A stretch of DNA of 57,617 bases from a virus (taxonomy: Duplodnaviria; Caudoviricetes): the IMG/VR virus record IMGVR_UViG_3300046011_006126, positions 1-57,617 of that record. One strand, given 5' to 3'. Position numbers and translations under genes: made by a program. The notes beneath the pieces were generated by a model. The model did no database searches and was not told the origin of the DNA. It worked only from the letters and a program-made list of their open reading frames with translations. Shown here in pieces: positions 31,019 through 39,053 of the stretch (positions are counted from its first letter, which is position 1; the number at the start of each line of letters is the position of its first letter).

Positions 31019-31375
31019 TCAATTTTTGATTAACCTTTGTTTCAGCTCGTAACCCATTAACGGCCACATCTTTTGCACCGCATTACTGCGAGCAATCTTT
31101 CTGCCGATTTCTGCATCAAAGTTTTCAGGGGAGGCACAAGCTGACTCGCCGGTTACTGTGAAGCCATTACGAAGAACCAGCACGCAGAAAGTCAGTAGAT
31201 CAACTGCGGTTGATGTTGCTTGCCAAGCTGGGCCACCTTGATACACATGAACAAGCGCATCACCAGCAGTGAAGTAGTGTTCTTCTTTAATATTCGCCTC
31301 AATATCAGCGGGCGTTACACGCGGAGCTGTTAAGCCTTTTTCGATGATTTCTTGTTCAATTTCACTATCACTCAT
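31019..31375 (-). CDS. Gp49-family protein (Phage_gp49_66)
   Basis: APRVTP, LTFCVLVLRNGFTVTGESACASPENFDAEIGRKIA..NA...WPLMGY.LK signature. Confidence 0.9.
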   Translation of the reverse strand: MSDSEIEQEIIEKGLTAPRVTPADIEANIKEEHYFTAGDALVHVYQGGPAWQATSTAVDLLTFCVLVLRNGFTVTGESACASPENFDAEIGRKIARSNAVQKMWPLMGYELKQRLIKN

Positions 31376-31538
31376 GGGTTGATTCCTGCTTTGTTAGTTT
31401 TATTTCGGTTTCCTTTGGTGCGGAAAACCTGAGTCTGGCAAGCTTGCCCGATTTATGAACCAGCTCGATCTTCATTTTTTCCGCGCCAATGGTGATGACT
31501 TCACCAGGCTTTATGTCTAAAGTCAGTGTTGTATCCAT
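31368..31538 (-). CDS. CsrA-fold small protein (56 aa, below ORF-track cutoff)
   Basis: MDTTLTLDIKPGEVITIGAEKMKIELVHKSGKLARLRFSAPKETEIKLTKQESTHE follows the CsrA pattern L....GE...IG....V....G...R....APKE; TAATG-coupled to scaffold. Confidence 0.7.
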   Translation of the reverse strand: MDTTLTLDIKPGEVITIGAEKMKIELVHKSGKLARLRFSAPKETEIKLTKQESTHE

Positions 31539-32407
31539 TATTGTCTTAAATAGGCTTCGCGGTCCGATGGTGACATTTTGGCTAAAGCTGCTTCAAGGTC
31601 TAAGCCATCGAGCCTGTCTAATGATGCAAACTTGTTTGAAAACTCTTCCGTATCGCTGCCGCCCGGTACATGCGCCAGGGTTCTAGGCAAATCATCAATC
31701 GGAGGCTTGCGATTTTGCTTGGTGGTTTTGGTGCTTGGTACTGAGTCTTGAACACCATGCAGCGCCTTAACCATGCCATGCGCTTGATCCAAAAACCAGC
31801 GCATAGGCTTGGTTTCGTTTTCAGGTCTGCTTGCAAGGGTTTTAACAAACAAATCTAAATCAGCCTGTTTTGCTGCGTCTGTTTTGTAGTTAATACCGCC
31901 CGCTTTGGCAACGTCATTTGTGAAACTTAAAACAGTATCAGTCCACGCTTGAGCCGCTGTTTGCTCGCTCATTTCGCTGGAGATTTCCGCCTTGATGATT
32001 GCTCTGTCAAGTAGCTTTTCACGTTCGCTTAATGACTCGCGCTGATCTTCATACTGATCAAAATCAATATCACCGTTTTTGTAGGCTGTCAGCAGTTCTT
32101 GCCGTTCGGCTTTTAACGCATCGACCTGGTCCTTGAAGTCGTCAGGCAACTTGGATTCAAATGCAGGCTGTTTTGCGCTGGGCTTTTCTTCTGCGGGGCT
32201 TTCGATTGGCTCGTCACCAACCGCGGGATCTGTTTCGGTATTTTCTGTCTGAGCTTCCTGCTCAATGTCGTCGTCATCATCTTCATCAATGTCGTCAGCT
32301 TCTTCCGCTTGACGCATTGTGATCAGTTCTTCGGGAGAAGGATCGTCGTTGATTGCGTCGATTTCTTCTTGTGTGAGGGTTGAGTAGTCTTGTTCTTCGG
32401 CACTCAT
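31538..32407 (-). CDS. Capsid scaffolding protein
   Basis: 289 aa, acidic N-terminus, coiled coil, upstream of major capsid. Confidence 0.75.
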   Translation of the reverse strand: MSAEEQDYSTLTQEEIDAINDDPSPEELITMRQAEEADDIDEDDDDDIEQEAQTENTETDPAVGDEPIESPAEEKPSAKQPAFESKLPDDFKDQVDALKAERQELLTAYKNGDIDFDQYEDQRESLSEREKLLDRAIIKAEISSEMSEQTAAQAWTDTVLSFTNDVAKAGGINYKTDAAKQADLDLFVKTLASRPENETKPMRWFLDQAHGMVKALHGVQDSVPSTKTTKQNRKPPIDDLPRTLAHVPGGSDTEEFSNKFASLDRLDGLDLEAALAKMSPSDREAYLRQ

Positions 32408-32444
32408 GCGCTTTACCTATGAGATTGTAAAGCGCCTATGGTGT

Positions 32445-32455
32445 GAGGTTAGTCG
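32445..32455 (-). promoter_or_regulatory. Late promoter motif CGAC-TAACCT-C upstream of scaffold
   Basis: Recurrent motif in late intergenic gaps. Confidence 0.65.
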
Positions 32456-32466
32456 GTTGAAGTCTT

Positions 32467-32925
32467 TTAATTTGTCGCGTAATAGTCACCCGTAAGCAAC
32501 TGCTTTGCTACTCGCTTTGCCCTGGCTGGGGTTTGCTTTGCCCACTGGCTATCGAGTGCTGCATCATGCGCCTTTAACCAGTCGCATTTTAATAAGTATT
32601 CCCGCATCTTTTTGAAGCCCAAAAAGCCATCAATACCCATCTGGAAAGCCATATTAATACACGCATCACGCCGAGCAGGGGTTAATAAGCTCATGCCATG
32701 CCATGCTGCGTGGAGTTGTTCGGATGTGCGGCATAGGTCATCAAACAGGATCGCCTCCGCCTGGTCCTTTGTTATTTCTAGCGGTATTTGATTTCCTTCA
32801 AAGTGCGGCCTTGCGTCTAATGAATGTCCAAACCCTATAGTGAGTTTTCCTGCCGTACAGTGATACGCTTTTAAGCGCAGCCCTTCTTCCTGCTTCACTT
32901 GCTCTATCAACTCGTCGCTAATCAT
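32467..32925 (-). CDS. Endolysin, T4-like phage lysozyme (GH24)
   Basis: EEGLRLKAY.C.AGKLTIGFGH, INMAFQMG, S.WAKQTP.RAKRV; probable start MISDEL. Confidence 0.92.
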   Translation of the reverse strand: MISDELIEQVKQEEGLRLKAYHCTAGKLTIGFGHSLDARPHFEGNQIPLEITKDQAEAILFDDLCRTSEQLHAAWHGMSLLTPARRDACINMAFQMGIDGFLGFKKMREYLLKCDWLKAHDAALDSQWAKQTPARAKRVAKQLLTGDYYATN

Positions 32926-33052
32926 TTTTAACGCCTTTTGTGGATGATTAAGGTCATCCACTCGATTGAACTGTTTTTAAAAAACTCGCTTACCCCGAGC
33001 CAGCTAAAACAGCTAAATTCAACCGAGCGGTGATTAATACTTAATTTGGCGT

Positions 33053-33442
33053 TTAGGCTGGTGATTGCTCAACCAACTTAACACCCAGCTTGGTTAGAAT
33101 GCCGAGAATTTCCATTTGCTGATAATTTGGAACAGACGGATCGAACTCAATATCAATCGATACCAGGCCATTTGAAAAGTCACCACTAGACGAGTCTGTC
33201 ACCGTAATATTGCCGTTCAATGCTGCTGCGGGATTATACAGGCCGACAATATCGCCGGAGGCACGCTTATCCGCGACATGCGCTGTAAACGCTGCTTGGA
33301 TAGCATCCAGCAAGGACGCTTGCTCGATATTGCTGACTTCCTCACTAAAGCTAAGCTTCAGCGACAGCAAGGGAATGCCGGCCAACACGGTGATGAAACT
33401 GATCAGTAAAAAGTTTGCTGCATTGAATACAGATTTTGCCAT
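33053..33442 (-). CDS. Hypothetical protein in lysis region
   Basis: Start MAKSVF after GGAG; hydrophobic N-terminal segment. Confidence 0.7.
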   Translation of the reverse strand: MAKSVFNAANFLLISFITVLAGIPLLSLKLSFSEEVSNIEQASLLDAIQAAFTAHVADKRASGDIVGLYNPAAALNGNITVTDSSSGDFSNGLVSIDIEFDPSVPNYQQMEILGILTKLGVKLVEQSPA

Positions 33443-33503
33443 GATTAAAAACTCCAAAAATTAGCACCACTTGAAAGGTATTTGCCCGGTGCAATAGGCA
33501 AAA

Positions 33504-33734
33504 TCAATTAACCGATTTGATGTTGAACCATAAGCGAATAGACCGCGGCGAAACCCGTAAGGCAGATAAGCAAAATGAAGAATAAGATGGCCGTCGCTGC
33601 CGCTTTAGCTGCACGTTCAACTTCTCGATTATTTCTTTTTGCGCGTCGATAAACTCTAACAGACATGCTCTCTCCGTTTTGTAAACACTCAGTTTTGCGA
33701 TTAAATCTTTGTTGACTTCATTTAAGTCACGCAT
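33504..33734 (-). CDS. Coiled-coil ORF, possibly the 3' half of a disrupted TM + coiled-coil lysis gene
   Basis: MRDLNEVNKDLIAKL...QKEIIEKLNVQLK; no SD; in frame with the upstream TM ORF if a 5-bp duplication is removed. Confidence 0.4.
   Translation of the reverse strand: MRDLNEVNKDLIAKLSVYKTERACLLEFIDAQKEIIEKLNVQLKRQRRPSYSSFCLSALRVSPRSIRLWFNIKSVN
33508..33666 (-). CDS. Small basic single-pass membrane protein (52 aa)
   Basis: GGAG-agagc-ATG; MSVRVYRRAKRNNREVERAAKAAATAILFFILLICLTGFAAVYSLMVQHQIG. Confidence 0.6.
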   Translation of the reverse strand: MSVRVYRRAKRNNREVERAAKAAATAILFFILLICLTGFAAVYSLMVQHQIG

Positions 33735-33739
33735 CGGGG

Positions 33740-33889
33740 TTATGTTATTTGCGTAATTAAATAATGAATGTAGACAGCGCCAGCCCAGCCAATGAACAGA
33801 ACACCCATGGCAACCATCAGCTTCCATCTATCCGTCCTGTCTGACGCTCTTCTGCCCACATGACGGCGCTCGTTTATGCAGCGACTCAT
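33740..33889 (-). CDS. Small basic single-pass membrane protein (49 aa)
   Basis: ATGA-coupled to holin; R-rich N-terminus then WKLMVAMGVLFIGWAGAVYIHYLI. Confidence 0.65.
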   Translation of the reverse strand: MSRCINERRHVGRRASDRTDRWKLMVAMGVLFIGWAGAVYIHYLITQIT

Positions 33890-34248
33890 TTCAGCGCCTC
33901 GTCTGTCATTTTGTCGATCACTCGCTTGGGGACCACTTTTAAGGCTTGGATGGTTTCCTCTGCAAAGCAGGCAAAAAAACCCGCAAGCACAATCGCCGGA
34001 TGGCTTGGGATGGTCATCCAGGCTGCGACACTTACCATCATGAACGAGATCCCGGTTGCCATAAATAGAAACCGCATCCATCGCCTAAAGCACACAGAAT
34101 GAGAGCTGCCGCACTGATCCTCAAAAGCTGTTCGCGTAAAGCTGGCCACAAACGCAATGATTAAAGCCCCGCAATACGGGCCAGAAATAAACGTCCCGAC
34201 TAAGCCAGCGCTGATAGCCAGTATGGATTCAGTTACTGGTGATGCCAT
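33886..34248 (-). CDS. Putative holin
   Basis: 120 aa with 3-4 hydrophobic segments and charged C-terminus, upstream of endolysin. Confidence 0.7.
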   Translation of the reverse strand: MASPVTESILAISAGLVGTFISGPYCGALIIAFVASFTRTAFEDQCGSSHSVCFRRWMRFLFMATGISFMMVSVAAWMTIPSHPAIVLAGFFACFAEETIQALKVVPKRVIDKMTDEALK

Positions 34249-34285
34249 GCTGTAAATCCCTGCATTTAAGCGTCTATATCCGACA

Positions 34286-34462
34286 TTACTTACGGTCAGG
34301 TATAGTGAATTTCATGTAGCTACTGACACCAGCACCAAGCAACAGCAGCGTTTCAATAGCTCGTGAGTCAGCACCGTTGATGATTAAGCCCAGTCCGATG
34401 ATAAAAATTACCAGCCCAACAGCTCCGCGTCTTGTGCTTGCTTCGCTCCAATTGATGTTCAT
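34286..34462 (-). CDS. Second holin-like 2-TM protein (58 aa)
   Basis: MNINWSEASTRRGAVGLVIFIIGLGLIINGADSRAIETLLLLGAGVSSYMKFTIPDRK; W.E.ST.RG start typical of small holin-like proteins. Confidence 0.65.
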   Translation of the reverse strand: MNINWSEASTRRGAVGLVIFIIGLGLIINGADSRAIETLLLLGAGVSSYMKFTIPDRK

Positions 34463-34465
34463 GGC

Positions 34466-36265
34466 TTACCCTGCGTTAATGGCTAATAATTCAGAATATA
34501 TGGCATTAGCTATTGCTAAGGCTCCCGCTTCATTAACATGTAAAAAATTTGGCGATTCGCCGGATACCTGATAAATCGGATTTATCACATATCGGTTAGT
34601 AGGGTCGGCTAACAGATTTGATATTTTCAGAAGCGTAATACCATTACTAACACAATAGTTTTCTAACCACGTGTTGTACTGTTCCCACATTAGTAATTTC
34701 ACTGGATTGGTATTGAATGTGATGTACGGTGCAACATCGAGCACAATTAAATGACAGCCAGCAGCTAATGATTTTTCAATGCGTGATATTTGCGCCGTCT
34801 TTAAATTAGCTAATGTAACTGAGGTATTAATGTCATTTACCCCACCTTGCAAAATAACGCAATCATAGTAATCAGCAGCTAAACCAGCAGCAAAAGCAGG
34901 TTCTAACACTCCGTGAATTGTTGCGCCGCTTACTCCAACTGACCTAACCACAATCTCACCCAAATTGTTGAGTAAGTTTGGAAAATCGGCATTGTCATTA
35001 CTGTATGAATCACCCTGAACCAATACATAATTGACTCTGTTTGGTTGGATAGTAGTAACTGCGCCAGTAGCTTGAACTACAATATTAGCAGCACCAACAC
35101 TGTTATTCGGCGCATTCCAAATAACTCTATCTCTTGGGGTATAGTCAGAGAACCTAGTTGGGTTGTCTGTTATATCCTCAAGCATTGGCGCTCGTAGTGT
35201 AATGTTACCAGCCGCAGTTAATGCCCCGTTGTTCCCTAATCCAAATCGAATTAACCGCCCGGCTGTTGTCACTGTCGGAGTGAAAATAATAACGTACCGG
35301 CCTGATGTAGCGGGCGATAGCGTCACTGTGCCCGTTGCTGTGCCAGTGTAGTTAATGATATCAGCAGGTAAAGGAGTGCCGCTGTTGACTGTTATGTTTA
35401 TCGATAATGCGTATGTTCTGCCAACAACAAGATGATCGGCAGCTCTTGAAAAAAACGCTCTGCCACCAATCGGTACGTCTAGCGTTACGGTATCATCAGT
35501 AAATGTTGTCGTCGAAAATGTACGTGTTGCCCCACCACTTAAAAACGGAGCCGACCAATCACCGTTCCAAGTTGACGCGGCATTTGCTACGCCGAAAGCT
35601 GACTGTGAAAGTGATATTCTGTTAGTTAGACGGGGCAAATAATCTTTTCCATTTGTCGGGTACAGAACAGAACCACCCGAACCGCCGCCAGCCCCACCAC
35701 TAGCCGAAATCGTCACCCCATCAGACCAATACAGCACCCCATCAATCCAAACCGGACCAGGATTACCAGCAGCACCGCCAGCGGTTGTAAATGCGGCCAT
35801 ATCAACAAACGATTTGTAGCTATGCGTTTGCGCGGCTAGTCTTAACTGTGCTGCGCTGACTGTTTTTTGTACTGTTTCGGTGCCTGTTACGATGACAGGG
35901 TCAGTTTGGGCAGCGGGCAATGCGCTTGCATCAGCCTTTAACGCAAGACTTGCTGTTGTTGCTGAAGCATCAGCTTTCAGCGCCAGACTTGCTGTGACCG
36001 CTGAAGCATCGGCCTTTAGTGCCAAACTTGCCGTAGTTGCGGCAGCATCGGCTTTTAAATCCAGTGCGGCCTGAGTTTCTGCTGTAATTCCAGTACCCGT
36101 GCCGCCAGACGCTCCGTGTGTATCAACGGCCAGCTTGAGCTGTGCTGCGCTGACAGACTTTTGCGCAGTTGATGTACCAGCAATCACTTCAGCATTAGTC
36201 ATGTCTAACGCTACTTCATTGAGTAGCGCATTAATTTCAGTCGTGCTTTTATTAATAGTTCCCAT
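34466..36265 (-). CDS. Tailspike/fibre with C-terminal SGNH/GDSL hydrolase domain
   Basis: GDSY (block I), GVSGAT (II), QGGVND (III), LHVNEAG (V); N-terminal L(A/D)LKAD repeats typical of fibre stalks. Confidence 0.8.
   Translation of the reverse strand: MGTINKSTTEINALLNEVALDMTNAEVIAGTSTAQKSVSAAQLKLAVDTHGASGGTGTGITAETQAALDLKADAAATTASLALKADASAVTASLALKADASATTASLALKADASALPAAQTDPVIVTGTETVQKTVSAAQLRLAAQTHSYKSFVDMAAFTTAGGAAGNPGPVWIDGVLYWSDGVTISASGGAGGGSGGSVLYPTNGKDYLPRLTNRISLSQSAFGVANAASTWNGDWSAPFLSGGATRTFSTTTFTDDTVTLDVPIGGRAFFSRAADHLVVGRTYALSINITVNSGTPLPADIINYTGTATGTVTLSPATSGRYVIIFTPTVTTAGRLIRFGLGNNGALTAAGNITLRAPMLEDITDNPTRFSDYTPRDRVIWNAPNNSVGAANIVVQATGAVTTIQPNRVNYVLVQGDSYSNDNADFPNLLNNLGEIVVRSVGVSGATIHGVLEPAFAAGLAADYYDCVILQGGVNDINTSVTLANLKTAQISRIEKSLAAGCHLIVLDVAPYITFNTNPVKLLMWEQYNTWLENYCVSNGITLLKISNLLADPTNRYVINPIYQVSGESPNFLHVNEAGALAIANAIYSELLAINAG
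35925..36068 (-). repeat. 39-nt (13 aa) tandem repeat x~4 encoding L(A/D)LKADA...TAS
   Basis: LDLKADAAATTAS LALKADASAVTAS LALKADASATTAS LALKADASA. Confidence 0.85.
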
Positions 36266-36267
36266 GA

Positions 36268-38520
36268 CTATTCCTGTTTAGATGTAGATGATTCGGTTGA
36301 TTTGGTCTTTTCGCGCAAGGCTTCCAGCTTTTCATCGCTTTCTTTTTGCAGTTCAGCAATTCTCAGCTTGGTATCAGAGTCGATACGGGCAATTTCCAGC
36401 TTGGTATCGGCATCAGACTTGATTTGCATGGTCCTGTTGGCCATTTCCATCTGTAGCTTATTGAGCTGCACTGTCAGTTGCTCGATCTGTTCGGACGCTT
36501 GACGCTTAATGTCCATAACCGCGGCATCGTTTCCGCCCGCAAGCTTGGCTTGTGCGCTGGCTTGCAGGTCGGCTATCTTGGCGCGTTGCTCTTCAAGTGC
36601 TAATACAGCCTGTTCACGCTGCATTTGCATTGCTTCAGCTTGCTGTGCTTTCTGTTCTTGCATCGCTTGCTGTTCTTCGGGCGATGGTTTCTTGTCTGGA
36701 TCAACATCGCCGGTCATTTTGCGGATAGCATCGGCAATGTCGGTATGGTTTGGCAGGTCCGAAAAGTCCATCGCCAGGGTAAACAGTCGTAATCCCACTT
36801 CAGGGGGCAGCTTTTGAACCAATTGCTGCAATGAATCGAACATGACCTGGCGCAACGATCCCGCGTAATCCGCTTCGCTTACTACAAAATCAGACTGTGA
36901 CGCTGTAATGTCGTTGATGTAGCGCACCGTGCCATCCGGTTGCAGCTCAGGCTGATTGATACGCACCCATTCCAATCGGTTTTTAGCACCCGACAGCCGG
37001 ATAACCTTCTCTTCTGTGTAAAACTGCTCTGCCAGGGATAGCTGTTTCTCGCCGCTTATCTGTGTAGCCAGTCGGAGATTATCAAATGGTTCTGTAGTTG
37101 ATACGCCACCTTGGTTTTGTCTGGCTTCAATGGCCGCGCCCGATATGGCGTTGGTTTGCCTGCCCAGGTTTTCGTTATTAATGCCAGTGACTTTTTGAAT
37201 GGTCTGCGCGTCAAGCGTCATCATGTTGATTTGGCCGGTCGCTGCGTCGGTATCGCGCCTCAGCTCCAGCTCGTAGCCTTTCTTCTTGATGATCACACCA
37301 TCAGGACGGTCAGCCTCGTCGCGCACAGTCTCAATATCATCCGTCGCGCCTTGCTCCATGATGATTTGATTGGTGTTCAACATGAACAGCGCCTTGGACG
37401 CTCGCTTGTTGAGATCCATCTGAATGTCTCTAACGCGCCGAATAGCACCATAAGGCAAACGGTCACGACCTCTGCGATAGCACCATACGGGGGTTAAACT
37501 GAATCGATTATGTCTGTAGGCGCTCTCAGAGCTTGATAGCAAGTGACCTTCTGTAAAGACTGCCACATGTACCCGTAAGGCCATGCGCTCGACAACATCT
37601 TCACCTTGGACGGAATTAAGCAGGATATTGTCGCCTTTGCTGATAAATGAGCCTTTCATTGGACCAGAACGCACGATACGGACCATTTTCGGCTTGCGAT
37701 ACTGGCACTCAAACAGCTTAACTCGATTGCGCTTTGTGTCTGACATTAGGCCGGCTTGGCCAAACGATCCCACAATGCCGGTACCGCTGCCTCGCTCGTT
37801 GAGTCGGTCGCCTAAGTACCACTCGTCATCAGACTGCATCACGCCATACTTTTGGTCGCGTGCTGCGGCATGAATCTTTTCTTTGTGATCAGGATACATT
37901 GCAACGGCAATATCCTCGTCAACCCAACGCCAGCGGAAAACATAACGGCCATCTGACAGATCCAGCTCATAACCTGCCGAATCATGCAGCACATTGCGCC
38001 AATCTTCGTACTTTGAATACAGTACGTCCTCGGTAGGATCATCCCTTGCGCCATCGTCAACCCAGCCAACACCCACTTTCACCGCATCAGCAAACGCTCT
38101 GCTGCGTGCGTTTTGACTGCGGTTAATGTCGCTGACATACTTGAGTACCTTAGTCTTGACATCAGCCAGGTCCACATCGTCCTCGGTCCGTGGCAATACC
38201 TTCCAGTCAACCGCGGTCCTGCGTTCGGTACCGATAAGCCAGTCGATCATGGGCGCTATTTCGTTGTACACCAACGGCATTTGACCGCGCTCATTCAAGA
38301 TGGCTGCGTCTGTGGGGTCCCACTGCTCGTTGTCATAAAACAAAGCATCCATCGACATTTCCATGCGATTGGTGCTTTGCAGGTCTTTTTCGTAGTAGTA
38401 CCAGCTTAGTAGCTGCTTTAGCTCTTCCCGTGACTCGTCCGACTCCATGGGGTCTGCGGGATCATTTGCTGTTGATGCCTCATAATCTTGGTCAAACCAG
38501 GGGTCTTTTTGACTAGGCAT
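36268..38520 (-). CDS. Portal protein (P22-like)
   Basis: FYD.EQW...L.ERGQ.PLV.N.I.P.IDW.IG.E, SG.AI.ARQ.QG motifs, long C-terminal coiled coil; probable ATG at 38520. Confidence 0.9.
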   Translation of the reverse strand: MPSQKDPWFDQDYEASTANDPADPMESDESREELKQLLSWYYYEKDLQSTNRMEMSMDALFYDNEQWDPTDAAILNERGQMPLVYNEIAPMIDWLIGTERRTAVDWKVLPRTEDDVDLADVKTKVLKYVSDINRSQNARSRAFADAVKVGVGWVDDGARDDPTEDVLYSKYEDWRNVLHDSAGYELDLSDGRYVFRWRWVDEDIAVAMYPDHKEKIHAAARDQKYGVMQSDDEWYLGDRLNERGSGTGIVGSFGQAGLMSDTKRNRVKLFECQYRKPKMVRIVRSGPMKGSFISKGDNILLNSVQGEDVVERMALRVHVAVFTEGHLLSSSESAYRHNRFSLTPVWCYRRGRDRLPYGAIRRVRDIQMDLNKRASKALFMLNTNQIIMEQGATDDIETVRDEADRPDGVIIKKKGYELELRRDTDAATGQINMMTLDAQTIQKVTGINNENLGRQTNAISGAAIEARQNQGGVSTTEPFDNLRLATQISGEKQLSLAEQFYTEEKVIRLSGAKNRLEWVRINQPELQPDGTVRYINDITASQSDFVVSEADYAGSLRQVMFDSLQQLVQKLPPEVGLRLFTLAMDFSDLPNHTDIADAIRKMTGDVDPDKKPSPEEQQAMQEQKAQQAEAMQMQREQAVLALEEQRAKIADLQASAQAKLAGGNDAAVMDIKRQASEQIEQLTVQLNKLQMEMANRTMQIKSDADTKLEIARIDSDTKLRIAELQKESDEKLEALREKTKSTESSTSKQE

Positions 38521-38932
38521 ATAAAACGCCCTGCTTATCGACTTTAATGTCGGTTTCACTGACGATTTCGCCATTGGCTCTTAGCGCCACCTTTCCAAAG
38601 CTGGTCTTGTACTGCTCAGCTTCCGGCCCGGTGGGCATTTCGATCAGGTCTGGCAAGCCTTCAATGATGATCGATGCAATCTTTACCCAATTATTAGGAA
38701 CCGGTCGCATGCCCAAAACATCTGCGGCGACGATACTTTGGGCTTTTAGGTAATCGTCATCGTCATATTTATACGCAGCCGATTCTTGCAAGATGTACCA
38801 CGGAGCGTTCTGACGGTAAGCAGGCAGCAAGACCATGGCACGCTGATCGTTTACCCATGTGTACACAATGAGTAAGCCATCAATTTCTCGATACTTGTGA
38901 GCCTTGCTTATGTCTAGGTTAATTCCGGCCAT
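38513..38932 (-). CDS. Hypothetical protein between terminase and portal
   Basis: 139 aa ORF following late promoter motif. Confidence 0.75.
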   Translation of the reverse strand: MAGINLDISKAHKYREIDGLLIVYTWVNDQRAMVLLPAYRQNAPWYILQESAAYKYDDDDYLKAQSIVAADVLGMRPVPNNWVKIASIIIEGLPDLIEMPTGPEAEQYKTSFGKVALRANGEIVSETDIKVDKQGVLYA

Positions 38933-38970
38933 GTAATCGCAACTATAATTATGAATTGCGATTAGCCTAT

Positions 38971-38981
38971 GAGGTTAGGCG
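38971..38981 (-). promoter_or_regulatory. Late promoter motif CGCC-TAACCT-C upstream of portal operon
   Basis: Recurrent motif; sits just after the terL terminator. Confidence 0.65.
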
Positions 38982-38989
38982 ATAGATAC

Positions 38990-39014
38990 AAAAAAGCCGG
39001 AGTTACCCGGCTTT
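38990..39014 (-). terminator. Rho-independent terminator after terL
   Basis: AAAGCCGG-GTAACT-CCGGCTTT followed by T-tract on minus strand. Confidence 0.8.
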
Positions 39015-39053
39015 GTTGGTTTTGGTGGTGGCATGTTCCAAATTGGAACGTAC

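Noticed and set aside
32979-33000. Possible terminator CTCG-GGGTAAG-CGAG-T6 upstream of the endolysin
   Set aside because: Stem of only 4-5 bp, too weak to call.
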